This document shows positions 1-12,369 of a stretch of DNA of 64,000 nucleotides, piece after piece. A program made the translations under genes and the position numbers. The notes under the pieces were generated by a model. It ran no database searches. It was given only the letters and a program-made list of their open reading frames with translations, and had not been told where the DNA came from. Position 1 is the stretch's first letter; each line of letters starts with the position of its first letter. Origin of the DNA: Patescibacteria group bacterium (lineage in GTDB: Bacteria > Patescibacteriota > Minisyncoccia > Phycocordibacterales > JAKAEA01); the NCBI GenBank assembly GCA_040387855.1, contig JAZKCY010000001.1:782922-846921 (forward strand). The letters are read 5' to 3'.

Positions 1-3000
1 CCATATAAAATGTCTGGTTTGCATCTGATGTAATACTAATTGGAGACGCAGCAATATGAGTAGCATTTGATGCACTTCCTGTCACTGTTAGGGATACGCC
101 TGAGACTGTACCAGTTGAAGTAATATTTGAATTAGTAAGACCGAAAGTTATTGTGTCATTGGTAACAATATTTGATACGGTAGCTTTAAGTATAAAATCA
201 TTTACTCCATTAGGTACCGTTGTTGCTGGAAACGTTATTGTTCCAGTAGCTCCTATAATAGAAGTTGTTGGTGAGGTAAAAATCTGAGGATCTCCTAGGA
301 ATCTTCTGTAAATTCTTCCAGAGGTACCGGTACTTATATAAAGAACTCCATTTTTAGAATCTAAAACCATTGAATATGCAGCCTCTTCACCAAACACAGT
401 AACATAAGTCCAATCTCCAGAAGCATCACATCCAGTAGTAATAACACATTTATATACATATGAACCTCCACCTGATGAACCATAATACAGCGTCTTTGTT
501 TCACTATCAAAAAGCAAAGATAAAATAGAAGTGTAAACCGTGTCATTACTTACTGTCCAGTCACCTGATGCATCACAACCTGTCGTTGTATCACAGCGAT
601 AAAGTATTCCATCTGTACCAGAACCTGCATAGAGAACACTACTGATAGAATCAAATACCATTGATCGAATTTGAAGTGCGGACGTATCATAGCTCGTTGT
701 CCAGTCACCTGATGCATCACAACCTGTCGTTGTATCACAGCGGAAAATAACACCCCCACTACCAGAACCCGCATATATAATATTATTGTTGGTATCCATG
801 GTAAAAGCATAGATAGTGGTTGCAGTAGTATCATAACTAGTTGTCCAATCTCCAGATTCATTACATCCAGTGGTTGCATCACAACGGAAAATTATGCCTC
901 CACTTCCTGAACCTGCATATATAATATTATTTACAGAGTCAACCATGAGAGAATCAATAGTAGTTGCGGACGTATCATAGCTCGTTGTCCAATCTCCAGA
1001 TGCATCACACCCTGTCGTTGTATCACAGCGGAAAATAATGCCTCCGCTTCCTGAACCTGCATATATAATATTATTTACAGAATCATATGTCAGAGAATTA
1101 ATAGTTGATTCGGATGTATCATAACTAACAGTCCAATCTCCAGATGCATCACACCCTGTTGAAATCATACAACGATAAATAATGCCATTTGTATCGGTCC
1201 CTGCATAAAGAACTTCGTTTTCGGTATCCTGAACAATTGCGTATATATTTGATTCGGTTCCATCAAATGAAGTTGTAACACTGCCAACACTTGAAACAGC
1301 CCCATCATTATTTTTATCGGCATAAACACTAGCATTGGTAATGTCACCACTCGATATCCCTGTTATAGAAGAAAGATCAAACGTCAATGCCACAGATGAA
1401 CTTTCACCTGCATTGGTGATTTGAAACCCATATAATTCTGTGGTAGTTGACGTGTCCTCACTTTGAAATTTATTAAGAACTTGACCCGCACTATTATTTG
1501 ATAAAGTACTTGATCCTTTAATAGTCACAGTGGCAGTATCAGTTGCATCAACTACCGTATCGGATACGCCATCAACGTATAATTTCAGTGCTCCAGTTCC
1601 TGTTTTTGCGGATCCACTAAACGATGTATATGAAAGTCCAGAAATTGCTATGGTTTCAGCATCAGCAAAATCTGAGGTGACATTTATGACAAGAATTCTA
1701 CCACTGTCTTCATAGCTTACAGTTCCTGAAACTTTAGAAGAACCTGTTCCGCTGATTGATGCTGTTGTATCAGATGTATCCCACAAGTAATTAAATCCAC
1801 TATCATTATCGATTGCAATTCGAATGTCGTTGGCTGCAGTTACATTTGTATTCCCCACTACACTAACCGCTGGAATGGCTGTAGTTCCCTGACCTAATTC
1901 GTATGTTTCATTAATTGCTGATTCAATAGTAATAAGAGAAGAAGCTGCATGTGTTACATTTGTAGCACTTCCTGTTACTGATAACGTCTGGCCAGAAACA
2001 TCTCCCGTTGAATCCATGTTAGTAGTAGAAAGACCAACAGTCATAGTATCACCTGGTCCAATGTTTGATACTGTGCCTTTAAGAATATAATCGTGAGTAC
2101 CAATTGGTAACGATGCACTCGTAAATGTAATTGAGCCGGTAGAACCAGTAACTTCAACAATCCCTGTTTGGGATGTTTCAGGATCACCAGCAAATTTGCG
2201 TAAAATGATTCCTTGATCGTTACCACTTGAATACATGATATTATTATTCACATCAACAACCATAGGGTACGAAAAGTTACTAGTTTCTAGAACTTGATCA
2301 TATACCAAGGTCCATTCTCCCGATGCATCACACGCAGTTGTTAGATCACATTCATAAAGATCAGCATTTTGACCAGTACCTGCATATATTTTGTTTGTAA
2401 CTGTATTTACAGTCACTGAGTACGTATAACCTGCGGCTGTATCAACTGCAATTGACCAATCCCCACTCGCATCACAATTAGTACTTGTATCACAACGATA
2501 AATAATGCCATTTGGATAGCTACCCGCATATAAAACATTATTTCGGGTATCAATACCTATCCCTCTATACCCAGTTTCTGTTGTATCAAGACTTACTGTC
2601 CAGTCTGCAGTATCGTCACAGTTGGTAGATGTTTCGCAACGATATATAATGCCTAAATTTTCAGAACTTACATACATTACCTCATTGGTTGGATCAAATG
2701 TAAGAGAAAACATATGCGTACCAGCAGAATCAAGACTGGTTGTCCAATCACTTTGTTCATTACATCCTGTTGAAGTCGCACATCGCATTACAACCCCATA
2801 GCTATCACCACCTGCATACAAAACATTATTTACTGAATCAAAACCAAGTGTGATTATATAAATAGAACTTGGGTCATCATAACTTGTCGTCCAATCTGAA
2901 CTCTCATTACATGAAGTTGTAGTATCACAACGATAAATAATTCCCGAACTTCCGGTACCTGCGTAAAGAACGCCACTATTAGAATCAAAAAGTATATCCC

Positions 3001-4525
3001 ACACGTCGACACCTGGTGAGTCCAAACTCAAGGTCCAGTCTGATTCGCTATCACACTCGGTAGAAAAATCACAGCGATAAATAATACCGCCCAGCTTACC
3101 ACCTGCATATAAAATATTATTAGTTGTATCTATTTCTAAAGATTGTAAATCAGATAATGGAGTATCATAACTTGTTGTCCATGAACCATCAGGAGCTACT
3201 ATTCCATCTCCGTTTATGTCTAAATGTAATTCTGCATTTGTAATGTCAGAAGTTGTGATTCCTGCAACTGAAGAAAGATCAAATGAAAGACTCGTTGAAG
3301 CACTTTCACCTGTATTGGTTAATGCAAATCTGTACAATTCAGTAGTAGTTGCGGTTTCTTCATTTTGAAATTTATCAGTGACTTGACTTAAGGTGTGATT
3401 GGCAAGAACTGCTGAACCCTTAATAGTCACAGTGGCAGTATCAGTTGCATCAACTACCGTATCGGATACGCCATCAACGTATAATTTCAGTGCTCCAGTT
3501 CCTGTTTTTGCGGATCCACTAAACGATGTATATGAAAGTCCAGAAATTGCTATGGTTTCAGCATCAGCAAAATCTGAGGTGACATTTATGACAAGAATTC
3601 TACCACTGTCTTCATAGCTTACAGTTCCTGAAACTTTAGAAGAACCTGTTCCGCTGATTGATGCTGTTGTATCAGATGTATCCCACAAGTAATTAAATCC
3701 ACTATCATTATCGATTGCAATTCGAATGTCGTTGGCTGCAGTTACATTTGTATTCCCCACTACAGTAATAGCAGGAATAGCCGTAGCTCCTTGGCCGATT
3801 GCATAGGTTTCATTACTTGCTGATGTAAGAGCAAGTGGCGTTTGATTTACAGTGTAATCTACTTCAACAGCAAGATAATCAAGTTCAGCATCACGCAATG
3901 TGTTTGCTACAAGAGTCATCACTCGCACACGAAAATTCGCATTACTTAATTCATCTGCTGTCCATGTACGCCCCCAGGTATCTGAGCTACCTCCGTATAT
4001 GGAAGTAACATCTGCAGTACCAATATCAGCTGAGTTTATACCTGTTGTCCAACTCGTTCCACCATCATGTGAAAGAAATACACAAAAATAATTAGCTCCG
4101 GAGTTACTGTCATAATTTCCGTTTGCAGTAACAGTAATGCCATCAATGGTTGAATTTGGAGTTACTCCCAATGTGAAATCATAGAAGTCATGTTGATCGG
4201 CTCCAACTGTTGTAAGGGCACACTCATCAATAGATGATGAACTGTTGGTATTTGTGCTACTCATGTACGAACCATCATCAGCACTAACAGCTGAAACGGC
4301 TCCCGTTTCAAATCCGTTATTATCTCCAGCATTAGAGGTTACCGCAGCCGCAGATGCGGGAACTTTATTTCCTGTGGTTTCAGCACGTGCAGTGTTTGGA
4401 GTTAAAAGTGGTAGGGTTAATGTGCTTGGCAAGCTTCCGAAAAGTGTTGCAACAATAAGCACAAACGTTAACGCTTTTACTAACCTTATTCTTATTTTTC
4501 TGTACACTTTTGTAAGCAGACTCAT
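1..4525 (-). CDS. Giant secreted/surface protein, partial (>1500 aa, runs off the window start): signal peptide, beta-sandwich domains, two ~7-blade Cys-paired beta-propeller-like repeat blocks
   Basis: ATG at 4525 (MSLLTKVYRKIRIRLVKALTFVLIVATLFG...ARA|ETTG). The same frame is open at bases 2-61 (...THIAASPISITSDANQTFYM). Absent from the ORF track, consistent with no stop inside the window. ~48-aa repeats such as IIYRCDTTTGCDASGDWTTSYDT; TATAAT at 4536-4541. Confidence 0.9.
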   Translation of the reverse strand, partial: MSLLTKVYRKIRIRLVKALTFVLIVATLFGSLPSTLTLPLLTPNTARAETTGNKVPASAAAVTSNAGDNNGFETGAVSAVSADDGSYMSSTNTNSSSSIDECALTTVGADQHDFYDFTLGVTPNSTIDGITVTANGNYDSNSGANYFCVFLSHDGGTSWTTGINSADIGTADVTSIYGGSSDTWGRTWTADELSNANFRVRVMTLVANTLRDAELDYLAVEVDYTVNQTPLALTSASNETYAIGQGATAIPAITVVGNTNVTAANDIRIAIDNDSGFNYLWDTSDTTASISGTGSSKVSGTVSYEDSGRILVINVTSDFADAETIAISGLSYTSFSGSAKTGTGALKLYVDGVSDTVVDATDTATVTIKGSAVLANHTLSQVTDKFQNEETATTTELYRFALTNTGESASTSLSFDLSSVAGITTSDITNAELHLDINGDGIVAPDGSWTTSYDTPLSDLQSLEIDTTNNILYAGGKLGGIIYRCDFSTECDSESDWTLSLDSPGVDVWDILFDSNSGVLYAGTGSSGIIYRCDTTTSCNESSDWTTSYDDPSSIYIITLGFDSVNNVLYAGGDSYGVVMRCATSTGCNEQSDWTTSLDSAGTHMFSLTFDPTNEVMYVSSENLGIIYRCETSTNCDDTADWTVSLDTTETGYRGIGIDTRNNVLYAGSYPNGIIYRCDTSTNCDASGDWSIAVDTAAGYTYSVTVNTVTNKIYAGTGQNADLYECDLTTACDASGEWTLVYDQVLETSNFSYPMVVDVNNNIMYSSGNDQGIILRKFAGDPETSQTGIVEVTGSTGSITFTSASLPIGTHDYILKGTVSNIGPGDTMTVGLSTTNMDSTGDVSGQTLSVTGSATNVTHAASSLITIESAINETYELGQGTTAIPAVSVVGNTNVTAANDIRIAIDNDSGFNYLWDTSDTTASISGTGSSKVSGTVSYEDSGRILVINVTSDFADAETIAISGLSYTSFSGSAKTGTGALKLYVDGVSDTVVDATDTATVTIKGSSTLSNNSAGQVLNKFQSEDTSTTTELYGFQITNAGESSSVALTFDLSSITGISSGDITNASVYADKNNDGAVSSVGSVTTSFDGTESNIYAIVQDTENEVLYAGTDTNGIIYRCMISTGCDASGDWTVSYDTSESTINSLTYDSVNNIIYAGSGSGGIIFRCDTTTGCDASGDWTTSYDTSATTIDSLMVDSVNNIIYAGSGSGGIIFRCDATTGCNESGDWTTSYDTTATTIYAFTMDTNNNIIYAGSGSGGVIFRCDTTTGCDASGDWTTSYDTSALQIRSMVFDSISSVLYAGSGTDGILYRCDTTTGCDASGDWTVSNDTVYTSILSLLFDSETKTLYYGSSGGGSYVYKCVITTGCDASGDWTYVTVFGEEAAYSMVLDSKNGVLYISTGTSGRIYRRFLGDPQIFTSPTTSIIGATGTITFPATTVPNGVNDFILKATVSNIVTNDTITFGLTNSNITSTGTVSGVSLTVTGSASNATHIAASPISITSDANQTFYM
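420..1260. repeat. ~144-bp tandem repeats encoding propeller blades (second block, some units near-identical)
   Basis: gtcca(g/a)tc..c.gat.cat.aca recurs at ~555, 699, 843, 987, 1131. Confidence 0.8.
1518..1862. repeat. 345-bp direct repeat, copy 1 (in frame, inside the giant protein)
   Basis: Identical by visual comparison to 3420-3764; offset 1902 bp = 634 codons. Confidence 0.9.
3420..3764. repeat. 345-bp direct repeat, copy 2
   Basis: Identical to 1518-1862; flanks are homologous but diverged. Confidence 0.9.
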
Positions 4526-4601
4526 TGTTATCCTTATTATAGGGTAAATATCCTGATAAACAAGGAAAGTTTTCAACGGTTGCTCTGCTATACTATATAT
4601 A

Positions 4602-5108
4602 ATGAAATCACAGAGAATTTTAGGTGCCTTAGCAACAACCCTTTATTTCGGTCACTATCTACTTACTGTTACGGATTGGCATTTTATAGATAACGCAAAT
4701 CTTATATTTCATGAAGCAGGACATACTATCTTTTTCTTTTTAGGAGAATTTATACAAGTAGCTATGGGTAGTGGATTTCAAATAGCAGTCCCCTTACTTT
4801 GCGCGGCATATTTTCTTAGCAGAAGAGATTTTTTCTCAGCATCAATCCTAGGCGCATGGGTAGGTCAAAATATCATTAATGTTTCTCTCTATGCAAAAGA
4901 TGCAGTAATAATGCAGCTTCCGCTTTTGGGCGGCGATGCAGCCGGCCATGACTGGAATTATCTTTTATCTGAAACAAATTTATTGCAGCACACTGATGCA
5001 ATTGCATACGGGATGCAAACACTTGGAGCGCTCGTCATTTTATTTTCTTTTGCAGTGATGTGGTATTGTGCCTTCAATCAAAAAGAGCAAACAAACAGTG
5101 CTACATAA
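4602..5108 (+). CDS. Membrane protein with HExxH motif (M50-like zinc metalloprotease-related hypothetical)
   Basis: FHEAGH, several TM segments, GHDWNYLL motif; TATACT just upstream of ATG. Confidence 0.7.
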   Translation: MKSQRILGALATTLYFGHYLLTVTDWHFIDNANLIFHEAGHTIFFFLGEFIQVAMGSGFQIAVPLLCAAYFLSRRDFFSASILGAWVGQNIINVSLYAKDAVIMQLPLLGGDAAGHDWNYLLSETNLLQHTDAIAYGMQTLGALVILFSFAVMWYCAFNQKEQTNSAT

Positions 5109-6174
5109 TACTGTGAAATGGCCACGTCAAGAGTTCTAAAAACTTTTTTCTAAATGATCTCTTGACCCAACGATCATGTGTTACTTCTTCACACATAAGT
5201 AAGTCCTCATGGAAATGTCGTTTGATAGTATGTATAAAAGTTAGATCAGAACTTGAAATATTTATTTCGTGATTAAAATAAAAGCTTAAACTATCTAAAT
5301 TAAAGCTTCCTGCTGTACCCCAAGTGTCATCTACTACTGCAGTCTTTGCATGCATCATCACATCCTTATATCTGTAGATCTTAATTCCTGATTTTAAAGC
5401 CAAGGTAAAATATGATTCACGTGCATGATTTACGAATACGTGATCAGCAATATCTGGAACTATAAGGCGTACATCAACGCCCTTTTTTGCAGCCAAGCGT
5501 AGCACCCGATACAAGCGAATATCTGGAATAAAATACGGAGTGGTTAGATACACGTATTTTTTAGCAGAGCGAATATTAGCAATAAGCGCTTGATAGATAT
5601 ATCGCTGTCTGAAGCGCGGATAATTTACTTGAAGGTTGAATTGCTTAACAAATTGAACTACTTTCTTAAAACGAGCCAAATGCGGTTTATCCACGCTCGA
5701 CCACAATGCTTCAAAGCTCACGGTCATTTCTTCTGCTAGTGGCCCAATGACTCGCATGTGAGTATCACGCCAATCTGCCATATCAGCTTGAATACCCACA
5801 CCTCCAATGTGACCAATTTGATTATCTATTATCAATAACTTCCGATGGTCACGAAAAAAATTTGATGTAAAGTTTGTAATTCGCCAAGGGCTTATAGGAT
5901 TAAAAAACCGAATTCGAATTCCCAAGTGATTAAGCAAATCAGGCACAAGTGAACGATAAAAATTCCAGCTACCCACCGTATCGCACAACATTCGCACTAC
6001 TACACCCTCACGTGATTTCCGTTCTAACACCTCAATAAATCTTCGCCCAATAGAATCAATAGTAAAAATATATTGCTCAAGATCAATAGTTTTTGTTGCC
6101 TTTTCAAGGTCGGCCAGCATCGCCTCCCATGCATCAGACGTTTTTGTATAAAATTGTACGTTTACCTCAGACAT
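5101..6174 (-). CDS. cls: Cardiolipin synthase / phospholipase D family
   Basis: Two HKD motifs (RDHRKLLIID, MHAKTAVVD), WRDTH, TPYFIPD. Confidence 0.9.
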   Translation of the reverse strand: MSEVNVQFYTKTSDAWEAMLADLEKATKTIDLEQYIFTIDSIGRRFIEVLERKSREGVVVRMLCDTVGSWNFYRSLVPDLLNHLGIRIRFFNPISPWRITNFTSNFFRDHRKLLIIDNQIGHIGGVGIQADMADWRDTHMRVIGPLAEEMTVSFEALWSSVDKPHLARFKKVVQFVKQFNLQVNYPRFRQRYIYQALIANIRSAKKYVYLTTPYFIPDIRLYRVLRLAAKKGVDVRLIVPDIADHVFVNHARESYFTLALKSGIKIYRYKDVMMHAKTAVVDDTWGTAGSFNLDSLSFYFNHEINISSSDLTFIHTIKRHFHEDLLMCEEVTHDRWVKRSFRKKFLELLTWPFHSIM

Positions 6175-6198
6175 TGACACTCGTACTATAGCATGGAT

Positions 6199-6444
6199 TT
6201 ATACAGCATCTACAAGTACGACAATTTTGCTTTCAGGTTGTATTTCTAGAAATCCTGAAGAAATCATAAATTCATGCTTTTTATCGTTCTCATCTATAAT
6301 TCTAAGATTACCAGATTCTAATTTTGAAATAAGAGGAATATGCTGAGGCAAAATTGTAATCTCACCGGCACTTGTACGCGCAATGATTTCTTTTACATTT
6401 CCATCAAATAGCGATTTTTCAATTGTAAGAATACTAAGATGCAT
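6199..6444 (-). CDS. atpC: F1 ATP synthase epsilon subunit (N-terminal domain only)
   Basis: GEITILPQHIPLIS, SGFLEI; last gene of the atp operon; 81 aa. Confidence 0.9.
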   Translation of the reverse strand: MHLSILTIEKSLFDGNVKEIIARTSAGEITILPQHIPLISKLESGNLRIIDENDKKHEFMISSGFLEIQPESKIVVLVDAV

Positions 6445-6445
6445 A

Positions 6446-7988
<1,543 letters not shown>

Positions 7989-7993
7989 ATATT

Positions 7994-8926
7994 TTATGAT
8001 AAGGCTTCTGCACCAGCTATAATCTCACTAATCTCAGATGTGATTCCCGCTTGACGTGCTTTATTCATTTCTAGCGTAAGGGTATCTTTCAATTCACTTG
8101 CATTATCTGTAGCACTTTTCATTGTTACCATACGAGCTGAATGTTCTGAAGCATTAGATTCAAGCATTATATGATGCAATGCAGTCTTTAAAATATTTTC
8201 TACTAACGGCACAACAATCTTCTCAGGACTTGGTTCAAAAGTATATGTGTAATTATAATGTGATTCTGGCAATGATTTGTCTCTAATATCACTATACTTT
8301 CCATACTCTGGAATAATTTCTTGAATAAACTCTGTAAGTGATTCTTCTGATGCAGGTAACAATTGCTTGTGAACCGTTTTTTGTTTAAGGGTTGTTTTAA
8401 AATGAGTATAGATAATTTCTACAGCTTGCCAGGAGTTTTTATGAAAACCGTTTACTATACTTTGTGCAACTTCTGTAGTCTCTGAAAACTGTGTAAAATC
8501 TCCAAATCCAATAAAGCTTTTTATCGGATGAATATGGCGATGCTCAAAATGATCTCGAGCTTTCTTACCTACTACCACAATATCTACTGGTGTATGCTTT
8601 TCATTATACTTTTGAAGTATATGATCAGCTTTATCGAGAACCGTATCATTAAATCCTCCCACCAAACCTTTATCCGCAGTAATTACAACAAGCAGTACTT
8701 TCTTTATTTCACGAGATTTCAGTAATAAAGGCACATTCTTTTGCGAAGACTTTTTCAAAATATGACCAAGCATTTTGAGTGATGCAAGAGCAAACGGCCG
8801 AGCTGCTAATGCAAAATGCTGACTGCGTCGCATTTTTGTCATTGAAACTACTTCCATTGCCTTTGTGATTTGCGCAATGTTTTTAACAGAGTGTATTCGT
8901 TTTTTTATGTCTCGAAGCGACTGCAT
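7994..8926 (-). CDS. atpG: F1 ATP synthase gamma subunit
   Basis: ITKAMEVVS, ASEHSARM, RQAGITSEISEI. Confidence 0.97.
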   Translation of the reverse strand: MQSLRDIKKRIHSVKNIAQITKAMEVVSMTKMRRSQHFALAARPFALASLKMLGHILKKSSQKNVPLLLKSREIKKVLLVVITADKGLVGGFNDTVLDKADHILQKYNEKHTPVDIVVVGKKARDHFEHRHIHPIKSFIGFGDFTQFSETTEVAQSIVNGFHKNSWQAVEIIYTHFKTTLKQKTVHKQLLPASEESLTEFIQEIIPEYGKYSDIRDKSLPESHYNYTYTFEPSPEKIVVPLVENILKTALHHIMLESNASEHSARMVTMKSATDNASELKDTLTLEMNKARQAGITSEISEIIAGAEALS

Positions 8927-8928
8927 AA

Positions 8929-10458
8929 TTATTGTGGAGTGACTCGATTGAATTCTTCCAAAGCAGCTTTAAGTGTATCAATAGTTTCTTGAGATAACTC
9001 CCCCGTTTTTTCTATTGTTTCAAGAATTCCACGGTGCATCTTATGCAGGTACACAATTAAATCTTTAGCTCGTGCCTGAATGTTTTTTGCTGGAACAGCA
9101 TCGAAATACCCATTTGAAACAGCAAAGATTTCTACAACCTGATAATAAAACGGAAGCGGTTCTAATTCTGGCTGTTTCAAAATTTCACTTACTTTCTTAC
9201 CTTTTTCAAGAATCTTTTTTGTTGATTCGTCGAGGTCTGAAGCAAACTGAGAAAATGCAGCAAGCTCTCGATACTGAGCTAAATCCAATCGCATTTTACC
9301 AGCAATCTTTTTCATTGCTTTTGTTTGTGCAGCTCCTCCTACTCTCGACACAGAAAGTCCAGGGTTAATAGCGGGTCTCGTACCTTTATTAAACAACTCT
9401 GACTCAAGATAAATCTGACCATCAGTAATTGAAATAACATTTGTAGGAATATAGGCAGACACATCACTCAACTGAGTTTCAATAATTGGAAGTGCAGTCA
9501 TTGATCCCCCACCTTTTTCTTTTCGGAGACGAGCAGATCGTTCCAATAATCGTGAATGCAGGTAAAAAATATCTCCAGGAAATGCTTCTCTACCTGGAGG
9601 TCGTCGAAGCAACAATGAAATTTCTCGATAACTCACTGCATGTTTTGAAAGATCATCATAAATAATAACAACATCTTTTCCCTTATGCATAAAATACTCT
9701 CCCATTGCGGTAGCAGCATAGGGTGCAATATATCTCATCGATGCTGATGTCGATGCGGGTGCCGAAACTATAATCGAGTATTCTAATGCACCTGCTTCTT
9801 CAAGCTTAGCAATTAGCTTTGCTACTTTAGATTCTTTTTGACCAATAGCAACATAAATACAAATTGGAGTAGTAAATCGTGTGTCACTTTTTTGATTAAT
9901 AATAGTATCTATAGCTATAGATGTTTTGCCTGTTTGTCTATCACCAATAATAAGCTGACGCTGACCACGTCCAATAGGAATCATTGCATCTACAGCTTTA
10001 ATTCCTGTGTGAATTGGAGTGTTTACTGGTTCTCGATCTGTTACACCTGGAGCAACACGTTCAACAGGATACATGGTTATTTTTTGATGAGTATCAAATA
10101 ACGGGCCTTTCCCATCAAGAGGATTCCCAAGGGCGTCGACAACTCTTCCGATGAGATCTTCTCCTACAGGTACTGATAGTAAATTACCTTTATGAGTTAC
10201 CAAATCACCCTCACGAATAAATTCAGCATTACCCAACACAATTGCTCCAACAGTATCTTCTTCAAGATTAAATGCTACACCATCTACTTTCCCATGAGCA
10301 GTTTCAAATTGAATCATTTCTTGCATTGCAATATCACGCAATCCAGACACTCGAGCAATACCGTCTCCAACTTCAATAACAGTACCTATTTTTTGAGCGC
10401 GTACTTCGAGCTGTGCTCCTTCAATTTCTTTCTTTAAATTTTCTATGATGTCCGACAT
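8929..10458 (-). CDS. atpA: F1 ATP synthase alpha subunit
   Basis: [28 protein letters not shown]. Confidence 0.98.
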   Translation of the reverse strand: MSDIIENLKKEIEGAQLEVRAQKIGTVIEVGDGIARVSGLRDIAMQEMIQFETAHGKVDGVAFNLEEDTVGAIVLGNAEFIREGDLVTHKGNLLSVPVGEDLIGRVVDALGNPLDGKGPLFDTHQKITMYPVERVAPGVTDREPVNTPIHTGIKAVDAMIPIGRGQRQLIIGDRQTGKTSIAIDTIINQKSDTRFTTPICIYVAIGQKESKVAKLIAKLEEAGALEYSIIVSAPASTSASMRYIAPYAATAMGEYFMHKGKDVVIIYDDLSKHAVSYREISLLLRRPPGREAFPGDIFYLHSRLLERSARLRKEKGGGSMTALPIIETQLSDVSAYIPTNVISITDGQIYLESELFNKGTRPAINPGLSVSRVGGAAQTKAMKKIAGKMRLDLAQYRELAAFSQFASDLDESTKKILEKGKKVSEILKQPELEPLPFYYQVVEIFAVSNGYFDAVPAKNIQARAKDLIVYLHKMHRGILETIEKTGELSQETIDTLKAALEEFNRVTPQ

Positions 10459-10835
10459 TATACAAAGAGATTATTTATTCTAGTTTTTGCACTTGCATCG
10501 ATGAGTATCTCATCATCAATATATAGTTTAATTCCGGCTAGTAATTCTGGCATTACTTTTTCTTTCAATCTAATTCCGGTACCTAGAGCATTTTCAATAT
10601 CTTTTCTTATCTCTACACTTATGGGTGATGCTGATTCTACTGTTACCTTCTTTAGTTTTTCATCTTTCAAATATAACTTTTCAAAGCTCGTAAGTATCGC
10701 CGGTAAGAGCTTAGTATCTTTTCGAACTCGCACACTATGCATAAAATTGCTGATTAGATCTGCATGCTCACTCATAGGCTTATCTTTTAAAGCATAGTAC
10801 AAAGCATGTGCATACTGTCGAGATGAATATTTCAT
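10458..10835 (-). CDS. atpH: F1 ATP synthase delta subunit (short)
   Basis: YAHALY N-terminus, LLAGI...IDAS C-terminus, operon position. Confidence 0.85.
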   Translation of the reverse strand: MKYSSRQYAHALYYALKDKPMSEHADLISNFMHSVRVRKDTKLLPAILTSFEKLYLKDEKLKKVTVESASPISVEIRKDIENALGTGIRLKEKVMPELLAGIKLYIDDEILIDASAKTRINNLFV

Positions 10836-11347
10836 GATGATGATGAGATTGCTTTAAGTTCTCGCAAAGCTTCTTGTATGAGAGCTTTATCCCGTTCAGG
10901 TTGATCAAGCTTGCCTATCACTCGTGCCAAACCATTAGCAACAAGAAGTTGTGCAGACCTCTCTACCTCTTCATTAAGCTTCCTGTGCTCTTCTTCAAGT
11001 TTCTTCTGTCCTTGGGCAATAACGTGATCACTTTTCAAGTGTGCTGATTCAACTATTTGTTTTGCTTGGGTAGAAGCTATATTTTCTGCTTCTGAAACAA
11101 TATCAAGTGAAGTTTGTTCTGCCTTCAAAATAATTTGTTTCTCTATATTCTTTGCTTCAACAAGTTTTCTTTGTGATTCTTCACTTGCTTCAATACCTTC
11201 TTTAATTATTCTCTGTCTCTTCTTCAACATGCCTATAAGCGGAGCATATGCAAATTTCTTAAGAAGAATTAACAGTATCGTAAAATTAACTATCTGTGCT
11301 AACAGTAGTTTCCAATCAACTCCAAATTGTGTGAGGAGTTCATGCAT
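10832..11347 (-). CDS. atpF: Fo ATP synthase subunit b
   Basis: QIVNFTILLILLKKFAYAPL followed by coiled coil. Confidence 0.93.
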   Translation of the reverse strand: MHELLTQFGVDWKLLLAQIVNFTILLILLKKFAYAPLIGMLKKRQRIIKEGIEASEESQRKLVEAKNIEKQIILKAEQTSLDIVSEAENIASTQAKQIVESAHLKSDHVIAQGQKKLEEEHRKLNEEVERSAQLLVANGLARVIGKLDQPERDKALIQEALRELKAISSSS

Positions 11348-11352
11348 TCGTA

Positions 11353-11580
11353 TTAGACGAATTTAACGATAAGAGCAATAACCAATGCGTAAATTGCAAT
11401 AGCTTCGGCAAATGCAATTGAAAGGATCATGGCTGTTTGTACCTTTGGTGCTGCATCTGGATTTCGTCCAATTGCTGACACTCCTTTACTTCCAATCCAT
11501 CCAATAGCTATTGCTGGAGCAAAAGTTCCTCCGATAATAATGGCTGCGACTGCGATATTTTGAATTGATGCTGGATCCAT
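11353..11580 (-). CDS. atpE: Fo ATP synthase subunit c
   Basis: GRNP loop, AEAIAIY carboxylate (no Na+-type ES/T signature). Confidence 0.95.
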   Translation of the reverse strand: MDPASIQNIAVAAIIIGGTFAPAIAIGWIGSKGVSAIGRNPDAAPKVQTAMILSIAFAEAIAIYALVIALIVKFV

Positions 11581-11628
11581 GTGAACAAATTAACTACCTA
11601 GTAATATATAAATTCATTATACCAGCAC

Positions 11629-12369
11629 TTATGAGTGATGCTCTACCGCAATGGAAATAAAGACCAACGTCAAGGTTGCAAAGACCAACGCCTGTACAAA
11701 ACCAACAAATATTTCAAGGATCAAAAATGGTACTGGTACAAAATAGGGCACCAAAAATCCCGTGATAATGAGCAATACTTCTCCTGCAAATATGTTTCCA
11801 AACAATCGAAATGAATACGATATGAGCTTGGCAAATTCCCCTATCAACTCAAGAATTCCAACAAAGAAATTGATTGGGCTTGAAAAATTGAAAAATTTTG
11901 AAGCATGCGATTTAAAGCCCAAAGCGATAATACCAAACACATTTGTCATGACTACTGCAATGATAGCAATAGCCAGTGTAAAGTTGAGGTCGCTTGCTAC
12001 TGAGCGTAGCAAAGGGGCAAAAACCTCATGTCCGTCATGCACTTGATGGAGCCCAATAGAGCCCACGCCAGGGAGAATTCCAAACCAGTTTGAAAACAGA
12101 ATAAGCGTGAATATAGTAGCAATTAGGGGAAAATACTTTATTGCCTTATCTCGAGAATGGAGGATCTTTTCCATGAAACCGAGCAGACTTTCAACTCCCC
12201 ATTCCACAGCATTTTGCACTCCCAAAGGTACAAGCTGCATCCGTCGTACGGCCACTTGGCTCAAAATAATGATAAATAGAGCCACAATCCAGGTCATAAG
12301 GAGAGTATTCGTTATGGCAAAAGAGCCAATTGAGAACAGTTTTTCAGCACCAATCTGAATATGAAGCAT
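11629..12369 (-). CDS. atpB: Fo ATP synthase subunit a
   Basis: SFRLFGNIFAGE, QALVF. Confidence 0.96.
   Translation of the reverse strand: MLHIQIGAEKLFSIGSFAITNTLLMTWIVALFIIILSQVAVRRMQLVPLGVQNAVEWGVESLLGFMEKILHSRDKAIKYFPLIATIFTLILFSNWFGILPGVGSIGLHQVHDGHEVFAPLLRSVASDLNFTLAIAIIAVVMTNVFGIIALGFKSHASKFFNFSSPINFFVGILELIGEFAKLISYSFRLFGNIFAGEVLLIITGFLVPYFVPVPFLILEIFVGFVQALVFATLTLVFISIAVEHHS

Noticed and set aside
420-1260. CRISPR array
   Set aside because: The 144-bp period is in-frame protein repeat, the intervening sequence is homologous rather than unique, and there are no cas genes.
1518-3764. DGR template/variable repeat pair
   Set aside because: The copies are identical (no adenine-specific mismatches), both are in frame within one gene, and there is no reverse transcriptase in the window.
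361-4547. Short ORFs listed in the track across 361-4547
   Set aside because: They are alternative-frame or antisense shadows of the giant minus-strand gene.
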